A stretch of DNA of 64,000 nt from an uncultured Gemmatimonadaceae bacterium (lineage in GTDB: Bacteria; Gemmatimonadota; Gemmatimonadetes; Gemmatimonadales; Gemmatimonadaceae). Location: positions 1,888,001-1,952,000 of the forward strand of contig CAVUDW010000002.1 in assembly GCA_963740355.1 (NCBI GenBank), read 5' to 3'. A program made the position numbers and the translations under genes. This document shows, piece by piece, positions 50,609-60,348 of this stretch; position 1 is the first letter of the stretch; each line of letters opens with the position of its first letter. Under the pieces are notes generated by a model. That model ran no database searches and was not told the DNA's origin. It saw only the letters and a list, made by a program, of their open reading frames with translations.

Positions 50609-50916
50609 GCGGTGGGCGCCGATGTGCCGTCGTTCGGCGTGGCGACCTCGGTCAGCAGTTGGCGGAGCGGGTTCACCCCTTGCTGGCGCAGGAATGCTGC
50701 GGCCGGTGACTCCGCAACGAACAAGGCAAAGACCGATGCCTGCGAGGCGTCATGCCACTGTTCGCCGCCACCTCGCCCCGGAAAGCGGACGAAGGTGATT
50801 CCGTCGTCCACGCGCAGCTCTGAGACGAGGCCCGAGGCGCGATCCGTGATCCGAAGCACCTTGTCGCGCGGTTCGTAGGTCGAGGTCAGCGCAAAGGTCG
50901 GAATATCGGCAGGCAT
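50605..50916 (-). CDS. Hypothetical protein (103 aa) coupled to the HDOD gene
   Basis: ATGA overlap with the HDOD start; coding-like codon bias. Confidence 0.65.
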   Translation of the reverse strand: MPADIPTFALTSTYEPRDKVLRITDRASGLVSELRVDDGITFVRFPGRGGGEQWHDASQASVFALFVAESPAAAFLRQQGVNPLRQLLTEVATPNDGTSAPTA

Positions 50917-51214
50917 GGTGCGGCGTGCGGCTGGCGAAACGGATGAATCGTGACTGGTGCCTCATGAGCTTCGGCACATGATCGCCCAGACTTCATCGAA
51001 CCCCGACAATTGCGGTGGCCAGTCGGCGTGACTGACGCGTCGGACCCGGTGCTCGCGGTCGGTAGCATGAGCTTGCTGGCAAGGTTCAGTTCGCCGTCAC
51101 CGTTGGCGGCGCCGTGATGTGTCGCGCTGTTTGTGTACGTATGTAAAGATTGTCGAGTCTCGGCTCTCCGGTCGTTCTGCCAGCCGTTCTCCCCGCCGCC
51201 TGGGCCTGGAACGC

Positions 51215-53749
51215 ATGCGCTACCACGACTTCGATCTGTCCATTGCGCTCGCGGCCGACGGTTCGGTGGCGCTGCGATCATGGTGCGACGCACATGGTGA
51301 GTACAAGGATGTCGCCGTCCTCGACCGCGGCACACTCGAAAGCGACTCGAAGGTTCTGTCGGCGGATGGCGTCGCGCGCGATACCCTGCGACAGATCGGT
51401 GGTCGGCTCTACGCGTACACGTTTGCGTCCACCGGCCGCAATATCGAGTGGCACTTCGGCCAGTGTTGGGGTGCGGCGCGAAGCACCAGTGATGGTGTAC
51501 GGCTCCGGCTGCGTGTGGAAGAACCGACGCTGGCCGTGATTCCGTGGGAGTACCTCTACTCGGAGCGCCTTCACTCCTTCCTCGGCGTCTCCGAACGCAC
51601 GCCGATCGTGCGATACCTCGAACTGCCGCAAGCAATTCCGACGCTCGAGGCGACGCTGCCCGTTCGAGTGTTGTTGGTGATGCCCGATGAACCAGAGCTG
51701 GATACGGCAAAGGAAAAGGCGGCGATCCTCGCTGCCGTCGCGCCGTTGAAGGAGTCGGTGCAAGTCACGCTCCTGGAAGGGAAGGTGACACGGCGGCAGA
51801 TCGCAGACACGCTCGCGATGGCCGAATACCATGTGATGCACTTCATCGGGCACGGCGACTTCGCCAGTGATCGTGCCGTGCTGCTGATGTACGCCGATGA
51901 CGGGAGCGAGGCGGAGGTCGACGATGAGCGCGTGGCTGGACTGTTCCGAAATCATCCGTCGATGAAGCTGGTGATCCTCAACTCCTGCCGTGGCGGTGAG
52001 TTGTCGGCATCGAAGCCGTTCGTTGGCATGGCCGCGGCGCTGGTTCGTGCCGGTATCCCAGCGGTGATCGCGATGCAGTACGAGATCGCGGATGACGAAG
52101 CAGTCCTGTTCGCGAGCACGCTCTTCCGCCATCTCTTCCTTGGTCGAGACAAGGGCCGCATCGAGATCGCGGTCTCAAATGCGCGCAACGCGCTGGCCGA
52201 GGAGTTTCCCGATACTCGTGCGGTTGGATTGCCGGTGCTGTTCACGCATGCTCGCGAAGGCGTGCTGTTCAATCTCGAGAGCGGCAGTCCATTGCTCGAC
52301 CTGTCGGCGCAGTCGGCGGATCGCATGAAGGCCGTGATCCGCGCGCACGAACAGAACCTCGACGCGATCCGGAAGGCAGCGCCGGATGATGAGGATGCAG
52401 GCACGCCGGCGCCGGCAGGTGCTTCGCGCCCAGAGCTGTCGAGTGATCCGAACAGCCCCACGCGTTCCGCTCGCACGATGCGTTCGCGACGAGGCGGGCC
52501 TCGGTCGGAGGTCGAACGTCTCGAGATTCTCGCGCTGCAGCGTGCGCGGCAGCGACTGCGGTTCCGCAACTGGACGATCGTGATCGCGGTGGCCATCGCA
52601 CTGGTCGTCGGCCTCGCGGGCGCGTATGCCGGCGTTCAACAGCGATTCCCGTACGTGCGGGCGGAGAGCTATGTGATCGCATGGAGTGACCTCTTCCATC
52701 ATCACGATGCCGAAGCGGGGGTCGTGCTGGTCGCGATCGACAGTGCGACAGTGGCTGCGATTGGCAGCGTGCCCGATGCCTCGTGGCGCGGACATCATGC
52801 CCGAGTGCTGCAGCGGATCCTCGACGCGGGCGCGCCGGTGGTCGCATTCAACCTTGGGTTCGACAGCGTACCGGCCACGCTGCGCGATGTCACGGATTCG
52901 TTGGCGAGGCAATTCGCACGCGCCAAGGCCATGGGGCGTGCGGTGTTGGCGGCCCCGCGATCGTTCCGCGATGGCGCGCCGATGGCGGAACCGGCACTGC
53001 TCCCGGTCGCTCAGTTCGGCACGAATTGCGTCGCGCTGGCGTCGGGAACGGCGCCGGTGATGACGCTGGCGGCTGGTGGAAAGAACGGCCGCGTGCTGTC
53101 GTTGCCACTCTCAGCCGTGAGCGTCTTCCGCGCGGTGGAACGCGTGAAGGGCGGGGGCGATCTGCAGCGCTTGCTGACGGCGGTAACGATGGAGACGCAG
53201 TATGCTGGCAGCGTGGACGACGAGTGCGGTTTTGCCCCGGGCGATACCCTGTGGCGCATGGCGATCGATTATGCCCCGCAACATGAACTGGCCGACTCTC
53301 TCCATCGGCTGTCGTACCTCCGCGTGCTGCGCGACTCTGCACTCCCTGACCTTAGCCATGCACTGGTCCTGATCGGCTACGAGAATCCGGAGCGCACCTT
53401 CCATGTCTTGCGCGGATGGTCGCGCGAGCAGCGCTTCGGTGTGCAGGTCGAGGTCGATGCGATGAACACCGTACTGCGTGAAGTGCGGATCGCACCGCTG
53501 CGAAAGCGGTTTCAGCTGATCGTGATCCTGTTGATGGCCGCGCTGGGCGCATTTTCGGCATGGCTGGTGGTCCCTGCGGGTGAGCGCGTCTCGGCTGCGG
53601 CGGTGGTGGGCAGTGTGGTGCTGTACTTCGTGGCTGGCGCGGTGCTCTACGCTCGGAGCCACTGGTTGTTGAACACCGTTTTCGATCTCTCGGCTTTGAT
53701 CATCTCCTTCATCGCGGTGCGGTACACCCGCAGGACATGGTTCCCATGA
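51215..53749 (+). CDS. CHAT (caspase-like) protease - TM - CHASE2 sensor - 3TM
   Basis: IPWEYL, HFIGHG, ILNSC, AVIAMQY (CHAT); VVLVAIDSAT...WRGHHARVLQRILDAGA.VVAFN, VLIGY, FGVQV and 3 terminal TMs (CHASE2). Confidence 0.88.
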   Translation: MRYHDFDLSIALAADGSVALRSWCDAHGEYKDVAVLDRGTLESDSKVLSADGVARDTLRQIGGRLYAYTFASTGRNIEWHFGQCWGAARSTSDGVRLRLRVEEPTLAVIPWEYLYSERLHSFLGVSERTPIVRYLELPQAIPTLEATLPVRVLLVMPDEPELDTAKEKAAILAAVAPLKESVQVTLLEGKVTRRQIADTLAMAEYHVMHFIGHGDFASDRAVLLMYADDGSEAEVDDERVAGLFRNHPSMKLVILNSCRGGELSASKPFVGMAAALVRAGIPAVIAMQYEIADDEAVLFASTLFRHLFLGRDKGRIEIAVSNARNALAEEFPDTRAVGLPVLFTHAREGVLFNLESGSPLLDLSAQSADRMKAVIRAHEQNLDAIRKAAPDDEDAGTPAPAGASRPELSSDPNSPTRSARTMRSRRGGPRSEVERLEILALQRARQRLRFRNWTIVIAVAIALVVGLAGAYAGVQQRFPYVRAESYVIAWSDLFHHHDAEAGVVLVAIDSATVAAIGSVPDASWRGHHARVLQRILDAGAPVVAFNLGFDSVPATLRDVTDSLARQFARAKAMGRAVLAAPRSFRDGAPMAEPALLPVAQFGTNCVALASGTAPVMTLAAGGKNGRVLSLPLSAVSVFRAVERVKGGGDLQRLLTAVTMETQYAGSVDDECGFAPGDTLWRMAIDYAPQHELADSLHRLSYLRVLRDSALPDLSHALVLIGYENPERTFHVLRGWSREQRFGVQVEVDAMNTVLREVRIAPLRKRFQLIVILLMAALGAFSAWLVVPAGERVSAAAVVGSVVLYFVAGAVLYARSHWLLNTVFDLSALIISFIAVRYTRRTWFP

Positions 53750-54813
53750 ATGGTCGCGAAGGTACGACGGCTCTCGGTCGGCGGCTGGTGCTGCTGGTGC
53801 TGTTCGTCGGCGCGGTGGTGGCCGGTTGTACACCGGTGCCGTCGGCGTTCGCGCGGCTCGACAGCGCCGTGACTCGGGACAAGTTCACCAACAACCCGTC
53901 GAAGTCGGATGTGCGCGTGGTGCGCGACGATGTGGTGTTGTCGCCGACTGTGGCGATGGCGCTGAAGAAGGGTGATTCGATCAGTACCTCATCGTCGGCG
54001 CAGATCGTGATGACCTTCGCCGCCGGCTACGAGGTCACGCTCGATACCGGCACTGCCATCTACATCGAGAATCCCTCGATCTTCCTCAAGTGGGGCAGGG
54101 CCTTCATCCGCCGACTCACAGGTACGCCGGATACCCTCGACACCCATACGCGGCACGCGACGCTGCACGATGTCGGCACATCGTACGTCGTCTCGGTGAC
54201 CCCGGAGGTGACGACCGTACGCGTCGAGACGGGTGTCGTGGCGGCGCGAATGCGCGGCGATTCGAGTCAGTGGACCAGGTATGGTGCGCTGGAAGGTGGC
54301 CAGATCACCATTGGACAACGACCGACGCGGACGACCCGGATTTCTGCCGATCAGATGGAGCAGGAACTCCGCTGGGTCCGCCGGATCGACCAGATCTCGA
54401 ATATCGTGGTCCCGCAGCTGGATTCGATGACCGAACGTGACGCGCGCAGCGCGCTCGATCGGGTTGGGCTGCGCGTGCTCTTCGTCACGCATCGATCCAC
54501 GGGACGGTACGCCCCCGGTCGTGTCATCGAGACCACGCCTGGCGCAGGGCAGAAGACGAAGCCTGGTACCTACGTGAATCTGGTGCTCGAGAAAGAGGCC
54601 GCGCGCGACACACCGGCGCGGCAGTGCAGGGTGCCGACGATCACCGACATGCCGGAGAAGACCGCTCTCGCGCTTCTGGCGCGCGCGAACCTGCGAGGCG
54701 AAGCGATCAGTCGCGTGGGTGAGCGCGACATCGTTACCACGCAGCAGGAGAAGTCGGGGACGATGATCGCGTGCGGATCAGTCGTTCACTACACTTGGGG
54801 GCAGTTGCGCTAG
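53746..54813 (+). CDS. Lipoprotein FecR-like + two PASTA domains
   Basis: VVAGC lipobox; LKKGDSISTS..GTSYVV..TTVRVETGVV; VVPQLDSMTERDARSAL..GL..GRVIETTPGAG; VPTITDMPEKTA; ATGA overlap with the CHAT gene. Confidence 0.85.
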   Translation: MNGREGTTALGRRLVLLVLFVGAVVAGCTPVPSAFARLDSAVTRDKFTNNPSKSDVRVVRDDVVLSPTVAMALKKGDSISTSSSAQIVMTFAAGYEVTLDTGTAIYIENPSIFLKWGRAFIRRLTGTPDTLDTHTRHATLHDVGTSYVVSVTPEVTTVRVETGVVAARMRGDSSQWTRYGALEGGQITIGQRPTRTTRISADQMEQELRWVRRIDQISNIVVPQLDSMTERDARSALDRVGLRVLFVTHRSTGRYAPGRVIETTPGAGQKTKPGTYVNLVLEKEAARDTPARQCRVPTITDMPEKTALALLARANLRGEAISRVGERDIVTTQQEKSGTMIACGSVVHYTWGQLR

Positions 54814-54883
54814 ACGCGAGCGCACACAACCGCCAAGAGCGACGGCTCAGGTGCGCCGGAGCGCGACCGCAAGGTTGGTCGCG

Positions 54884-55318
54884 CTACGGGAAGACGAAGT
54901 CGACGCGAACGCTGTCGCGCAGTTCGTTCGGCTTGATGGCGACCGTCGTGGATGGCGCCACGATGCTGTCGGCGTTCGACGACGCGGACTTTCGCGCCAC
55001 CAGGCGCAGGCAGACAGTGTCGATCACCGTGGCATCGACGCTGAGGCGGTAGAAGCCGTTGGTATCGACCGTTCCGGAGCGGGCGGCGATGGCAGCAGGT
55101 CCGCGGTTCGTGCCACAGCGTCCAATGGTGCCGGTGGCCGAGAATGTGGCGGTGGTGACTGCACCACCCGTCGATGTCCGGACGTTGCCGTAGAGCGAAA
55201 AACCTGGCGGCGGCACGGGGATGTTGCCGCCAGTGCCGGTTGGCGACGAACAGGCGGCCAGGGCAGCGGCACTCAGTGCAAGGCCAGCCACTGCGGCGAG
55301 TCGGAACGTAAGGGTCAT
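54884..55318 (-). CDS. Small lipoprotein (transthyretin/Ig-like)
   Basis: LAAC lipobox; LYGNVRTSTG...DTNGFYRL...VRVDFVFP. Confidence 0.75.
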   Translation of the reverse strand: MTLTFRLAAVAGLALSAAALAACSSPTGTGGNIPVPPPGFSLYGNVRTSTGGAVTTATFSATGTIGRCGTNRGPAAIAARSGTVDTNGFYRLSVDATVIDTVCLRLVARKSASSNADSIVAPSTTVAIKPNELRDSVRVDFVFP

Positions 55319-55432
55319 GCAGCGAAAGTTGAGGCGGGTGTCGGCGTTGCCGAATGCAGTACTCACGGCGCTCGAAAAAGGTCACCCAGCGGCAGCAGTG
55401 ACTCGCAGTTCACCGTGCGAATGGGAATGCTG

Positions 55433-55690
55433 TCACGGCTGCTTTGGCGGAACCTGATTCAGGAGTGCCTCGAGCTGGCCGGACGCGATCGATGCCACCC
55501 GCGCCGCTGGGATGCCGCGCTCGACGAGGTTGCGCAGGACTTCGGCCAGGCAGAGCAGGCTTGCGCCAAGGGCTGCGCTGAACTGTTCCTCCTGCTTCAA
55601 CTCCAGCAATTCCTCGCGGGCGCGGGTGACGAGAAGGTTTGAGAGCTCGGTACCGACGCGGTCGGCAAAATCCATCGGGTCAGTCGGCAT
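55433..55690 (-). CDS. Hypothetical helical protein (85 aa)
   Basis: Strong coding bias, amphipathic helices. Confidence 0.65.
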   Translation of the reverse strand: MPTDPMDFADRVGTELSNLLVTRAREELLELKQEEQFSAALGASLLCLAEVLRNLVERGIPAARVASIASGQLEALLNQVPPKQP

Positions 55691-55871
55691 CGGTGGCAGT
55701 GTGAGGAATGGCTTAAGTGAGCTATTGGCCAGTAGCGGAGGCGAAATTTTGGCAGGAAGTTACTGGGATGTCCACACTGCACCACCGCGCGCGTGCGCGA
55801 CTACCCTGCATCGAACTCCGCGGCGCGCTGGCAGGCGCCGTGATGCGCTGCCCCGAGGGACGCGCCGATAC

Positions 55872-56822
55872 ATGACGTCGCGCCGCCGGAAAATCCTGAT
55901 CGGTGTGCCAGTGGTCCTCGTTGCGGCGGCGTTCGCGCTCTGGACGCCTGATGCCGAACGTGAAGTGCTCGAGGCGAAATATCTCGCACATCGCGAAGAC
56001 CTTCGGTCGATCGCGGGTACCACCCTGCACGTGCGGGATACGGGCCCACGCAACGCGCCGGCGCTGATCTTCCTGCACGGCTTCGGTGCAAGCCTGCACA
56101 CGTGGGAACCGTGGGCACGCGCCCTCGACAGCACGTATCGCGTCATTCGGTTCGACTTGCCCGGTAGTGGCCTCAGCGCCCCGGATGCGACCAACGACTA
56201 CACCGACACACGCAGCATGCAGCTCCTGCTGGCGTTGATGGACTCGCTGCATGTGTCGCGCGCGTCGCTGATCGGGAACTCGATGGGCGGACGCATCGCA
56301 TGGCGCTTTGCTGCGGCGCATCCCGAGCGTGTCGAGCGGTTGGTGCTTTCGGCTCCCGACGGCTTTGCGAGCCCGGGATTCGAGTACGGCAAGCCGGCGG
56401 AAATCCCGGCCACGCTGCCGCTGATGCGATTCGTGCTTCCCAAGTCGTTGTTGCGGCTCAGCCTCGAACCTGCATATGCCGATTCGCGCTCGATGACCGA
56501 TAGCCTCGCAACGCGATACTACGACTTGATGCTCGCCCCCGGAGCGCGGTCCGCGATGCTTGCGCGCATGGAGCAGACCGTCCTCACCGATCCTGTGCCG
56601 GTCTTGCGCCGGATCCTTGCCCCGACGCTGCTGCTCTGGGGCGAGAAGGATGCGATGATCCCGGTCGCGAATGCACAGGATTACCTGAAGGCCATACCGA
56701 ACGTGCGCCTCGTGACCCTGCCAAACGCCGGACACCTTCCATTCGAGGAAATCCCGGCGGCAGCGCTGAAGCCGGTGCGCGCATTTCTTGAGCCTACTTG
56801 CCGTCCATCTTCCAGAACGTGA
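55872..56822 (+). CDS. Alpha/beta hydrolase (Abhydrolase_1) with N-terminal anchor
   Basis: FLHGFG, DLPGSG, GNSMGG, GEKD, AGHLP. Confidence 0.92.
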   Translation: MTSRRRKILIGVPVVLVAAAFALWTPDAEREVLEAKYLAHREDLRSIAGTTLHVRDTGPRNAPALIFLHGFGASLHTWEPWARALDSTYRVIRFDLPGSGLSAPDATNDYTDTRSMQLLLALMDSLHVSRASLIGNSMGGRIAWRFAAAHPERVERLVLSAPDGFASPGFEYGKPAEIPATLPLMRFVLPKSLLRLSLEPAYADSRSMTDSLATRYYDLMLAPGARSAMLARMEQTVLTDPVPVLRRILAPTLLLWGEKDAMIPVANAQDYLKAIPNVRLVTLPNAGHLPFEEIPAAALKPVRAFLEPTCRPSSRT

Positions 56823-58089
56823 TACCACTGGCCTGCTGCGAGACATCGACCGTCGCGACCCGGGTCTTCGAGCGCAGGTCGTAGATGTCGACCTTGCCCG
56901 GCTGCGCACCCACACCTTCGCTGCTCACGAAGGCGTAGCGCGAGTCGGGGCTGACCGCGACACCATGCGCAACCGTCGTCGACGTCTTCAGCTGTGCGAT
57001 GCTCAATCCGGTCGAGAGGTCGAAGATTTCGACGCCGGCGCTCTGCTTCAGTGTCGCGACCAGATAGTGCCCATCGGCCGTCACGGCGAGGTTGTATGGC
57101 CCGCGGCCTGTCTTCAATCGACGCGTGATGCTCCATGCGTCGCGATCGACCTCGAGGATTTCATCGGCCTTGTTGCAGGCCACGTACACCTTCTTGCCGT
57201 CGGCTGACGGCTGCGCCCAGGTCGGCGAGCAGGTCGAACTCATCGACATCCCGTGGCCCTGCGTCATGTCCATCTGCTGTACAGGCGCGCCCGCTGCCGG
57301 TGCAGGCGTGGATCCCATCGCAGCCATGTTGTGGCCTTCGTGGCCCGCCATCGCCGTCGTCGTGCTGATCGGCCCTTCCTTGCCTTTCGCCAGCGAGAAG
57401 CGCCGGGCGACCGCGAAGCTGCGGGTGTCGATCTCGACCAACTGATCATCCATCATGCAGCCTGAGTATTGCATCGCACCACTTGGTTCGATGCGGCTGC
57501 CATGCGGCATGGTGCAGGTGGTTATCTGCGCCACCTCGGTCATCGTCGGCGTGTACACGACGCTGATGCTGCTCGGCACCATCTCGCCGTGCAGGTTGAA
57601 GTTGGCCGAGAAGGTGTAGAGACCGTCGGGCGTGATATCGAGCGACGCCGGGAACTTGCCGAGCGATATACCAGGGCCGACGAGCGTGTCGGGGCCGAGA
57701 TCGTACTTCCACAACTTGCCGTCCGGCGTGCCGTGCCCGGTGGTCATGAAGAGGTACTTGCCGTCGGGCGAGATCTGGAGGCCATGTGGCCCCTCCATCT
57801 CGGCGGCCATTTCACCGATCAGCGTCGTCTTCTCGATCAACGCACCAGCGGGCCCGAACCGTACCCGGTGGATACGATCAGCCGATTCCGCGCCAACGTA
57901 GACCCAGTAGGTGGCCGTAGGAGCAGTGGTCGATGGCGCTGGGGTCGGCGCCGCTGGTGTCGCTGGGCGGCGCGCGGTACGCTGGGCGCCGGACGGGTTG
58001 GCACAGGCGGCCAGCAGCGCGGCGCCAAGTAGAAGTTGCACGCCGGACCGGTTCGTCTTGCGGGCAGGATGGACGTGGGCCATGATCAT
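56794..58089 (-). CDS. YncE/YVTN-family beta-propeller, exported, with Met/His-rich insert
   Basis: GPHGLQISPDG, MPHGSR, GPYNLAVTADG, AHGVAVSPD repeats; LLAAC. Confidence 0.85.
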   Translation of the reverse strand: MIMAHVHPARKTNRSGVQLLLGAALLAACANPSGAQRTARRPATPAAPTPAPSTTAPTATYWVYVGAESADRIHRVRFGPAGALIEKTTLIGEMAAEMEGPHGLQISPDGKYLFMTTGHGTPDGKLWKYDLGPDTLVGPGISLGKFPASLDITPDGLYTFSANFNLHGEMVPSSISVVYTPTMTEVAQITTCTMPHGSRIEPSGAMQYSGCMMDDQLVEIDTRSFAVARRFSLAKGKEGPISTTTAMAGHEGHNMAAMGSTPAPAAGAPVQQMDMTQGHGMSMSSTCSPTWAQPSADGKKVYVACNKADEILEVDRDAWSITRRLKTGRGPYNLAVTADGHYLVATLKQSAGVEIFDLSTGLSIAQLKTSTTVAHGVAVSPDSRYAFVSSEGVGAQPGKVDIYDLRSKTRVATVDVSQQASGITFWKMDGK

Positions 58090-58180
58090 CGCTCGATGCG
58101 CCGTCGGTTCCGGCGCCCTGTAGGTCTGCTGTTGCACACGCGATTTCCGCAGTGCTCCACCCGTTCCGGGAGTTTGCATC

Positions 58181-60229
58181 ATGAACGTAGTGCGCTGCAT
58201 CCGCCGCGTCACCGCAGGCGGCGCCGCAGTTCTCACCGCGACGCTCGCGGTGTCGTCCAGTCTTTACGCACAATACACCGCTGGCGTGGTACGGCTCACC
58301 GCCGAGCCCGCGCGGGTCACCATGAAGGCCGGCGAAAGCGTCGCCCTCAAGCTCACCGCCTACGACTCGGCCGGGAAAGTGGTCGCGGACGCGCCGATGC
58401 GTGTCGGCGGCCCTGTCGGCGCCGTGCGGTATGCCGATGGTCGCCTGACCGCCCTCAAGGCCGGCTCGTTCAACGTCGTCGCCACCTCGTTCAGCGGGCG
58501 TGGCATTGCCGCAGTCTCGCTCGAGATTCCGGTGACGGTGTCCTGGCCGACGTTGACGAAACTCGACGTCGTGGCTGAGGCGCGCCGGCTCTACGTCGGT
58601 ACCATGCTCGCGCACAGTGTGAAGGGCACACACGCCGATGGCTCCCCGCGCCCGGGACTGGTCGCGACCTGGCGCAGCTCGGACGCGACGGTCGCGACAG
58701 TCGATCGTTTCGGCAACGTGACGGCGCTGAAGGCCGGTCCGGTCACGATCTCGGCCGAGTCGGAAGGGGTGTCGTCGCAGGTGCGCTATACCGTGGCGGC
58801 GAGCCCGGTGGCACGCATCGAAGCCACGATCAAGGAAACGTCAGTCAACACCGGCGACGTGGTGCACCTGATGGCGGTTGCGAAGCGCGCCAACGGTGAC
58901 GTGGTGCCGGATGCCAAGATCGAGTGGAGCTACATCTACACCCCGGATGATTCGATCGCGGCCCCGGGTGGCCCTGGCATCATCGATCGGGCACCGGACG
59001 GCACGCCGCTGTTCGCGGCCAATGCGCCGGGTCGCTTCACGCTGGTGGCGCAGTCGGGCACCGCGGTGTCGCGGACGGTCCTGGATGTGAAGCCGCGCGA
59101 TGTGCATCGCCGCATCACGATCACGGGCCGTGGCATCGTGAATACCACCGCCACGTCGGATCTCTGGCCGTGGACGGGCAAGGATGGCCGCGACTACTGC
59201 CTCGTCGGCACGTGGGGTGGCGATGGGTATGCGCTGGTGTTCGACATCACCGACATGAACAACATCGTGCGCACCGACAGCATCAAGGTCGACGCCCGCA
59301 CGATCAACGACGTGACCGTCTCCCCTGACGGGCGGTACGGTGTGATCACGCGTGAAGGAGCATCGAATCGCGTCAACGGTGTGGTGATCCTCGACCTCGC
59401 CAACCCGGCGCACCCGAAGATCGCCTCGGTGTTCAACGAGCAGTTGACCGGTGGTGTGCACAATGCGTTTGCCACCAACGACTACCTGTTCGCGATTTCC
59501 GGCGGCGAGAAGTACGTCATCATCGACGTGAAGGACATCACCAAGCCGCGCTACGTGAGCGAGTACAAGCACCCGGGCGCACGGATCCACGATCTCTGGG
59601 TTCGCGACGGTATCGCGTATTCGGCGCAGGGTGGCGCGGGGACCGTGCTGGTGGACGTGGGCAATGGCAAGTACGGTGGGTCGATCGAACATCCGAAGCT
59701 GATCAGCGTCTTCCCGATCAACTCCGGCCACGAGATCTATCCGTACGTGCAGGCGAGCACCGGCAAGACCTATCTCTTCATCGGTGACGAAGAGATGAAC
59801 CGCGCCGGCCGCACCTGGGAGGGCACGAACTACGGCCCGACGCTTGGCCAGGCAGGTGGTGTGGCACAGACGTCGGGTGGCTACGTCCACATCGTCGACG
59901 CGACCGACCCGATGAACATGAAGAAGGTCGGTCGGTACCACCTCGAGGACTACGGTTCGCACGACATCATCGTCGAGAACGACGTGCTGTACCAGGCGTA
60001 CTACGACGGCGGTGTGCGGGTGGTGGACGTCTCCGGCGAATTGCTGGGCAACCTCGCCGAGCAGCATCGTGAGATCGCGGTGTTCAAGCCGTACGATCCG
60101 AAGGCACTGACGGCCAACGCACCGTTCGTGATGAACGCGATGCCGTGGAAGGGCAGGGTGTTGTTCACCGACTTCAACTCCGGCCTCTGGGCCGCGAAGC
60201 TGGAGCCACGCCCGCCCGTCGTGCCGTGA
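58181..60229 (+). CDS. Exported Ig-like (Big_2) + LVIVD-repeat protein
   Basis: TWRSSDATVATVD..GNVTALKAG; VVILDLANPAHPK, AYYDGGVRVVDVS, TDFNSGLW. Confidence 0.85.
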   Translation: MNVVRCIRRVTAGGAAVLTATLAVSSSLYAQYTAGVVRLTAEPARVTMKAGESVALKLTAYDSAGKVVADAPMRVGGPVGAVRYADGRLTALKAGSFNVVATSFSGRGIAAVSLEIPVTVSWPTLTKLDVVAEARRLYVGTMLAHSVKGTHADGSPRPGLVATWRSSDATVATVDRFGNVTALKAGPVTISAESEGVSSQVRYTVAASPVARIEATIKETSVNTGDVVHLMAVAKRANGDVVPDAKIEWSYIYTPDDSIAAPGGPGIIDRAPDGTPLFAANAPGRFTLVAQSGTAVSRTVLDVKPRDVHRRITITGRGIVNTTATSDLWPWTGKDGRDYCLVGTWGGDGYALVFDITDMNNIVRTDSIKVDARTINDVTVSPDGRYGVITREGASNRVNGVVILDLANPAHPKIASVFNEQLTGGVHNAFATNDYLFAISGGEKYVIIDVKDITKPRYVSEYKHPGARIHDLWVRDGIAYSAQGGAGTVLVDVGNGKYGGSIEHPKLISVFPINSGHEIYPYVQASTGKTYLFIGDEEMNRAGRTWEGTNYGPTLGQAGGVAQTSGGYVHIVDATDPMNMKKVGRYHLEDYGSHDIIVENDVLYQAYYDGGVRVVDVSGELLGNLAEQHREIAVFKPYDPKALTANAPFVMNAMPWKGRVLFTDFNSGLWAAKLEPRPPVVP

Positions 60230-60253
60230 TGGCGCTGTAGGCGTGGGTTGAAG

Positions 60254-60303
60254 ACGAGGAAGGCCGCGTTGCAGAGACACTTCTGCGACGCGGCCTTCCT
60301 CGT
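60254..60303. terminator. Long hairpin between convergent genes
   Basis: ACGAGGAAGGCCGCGTTGCAGA...TCTGCGACGCGGCCTTCCTCGT. Confidence 0.65.
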
Positions 60304-60348
60304 TCGTGCATTGGCGGGGGCGATCGTGCGTCCACCCGCCATCCGGCC

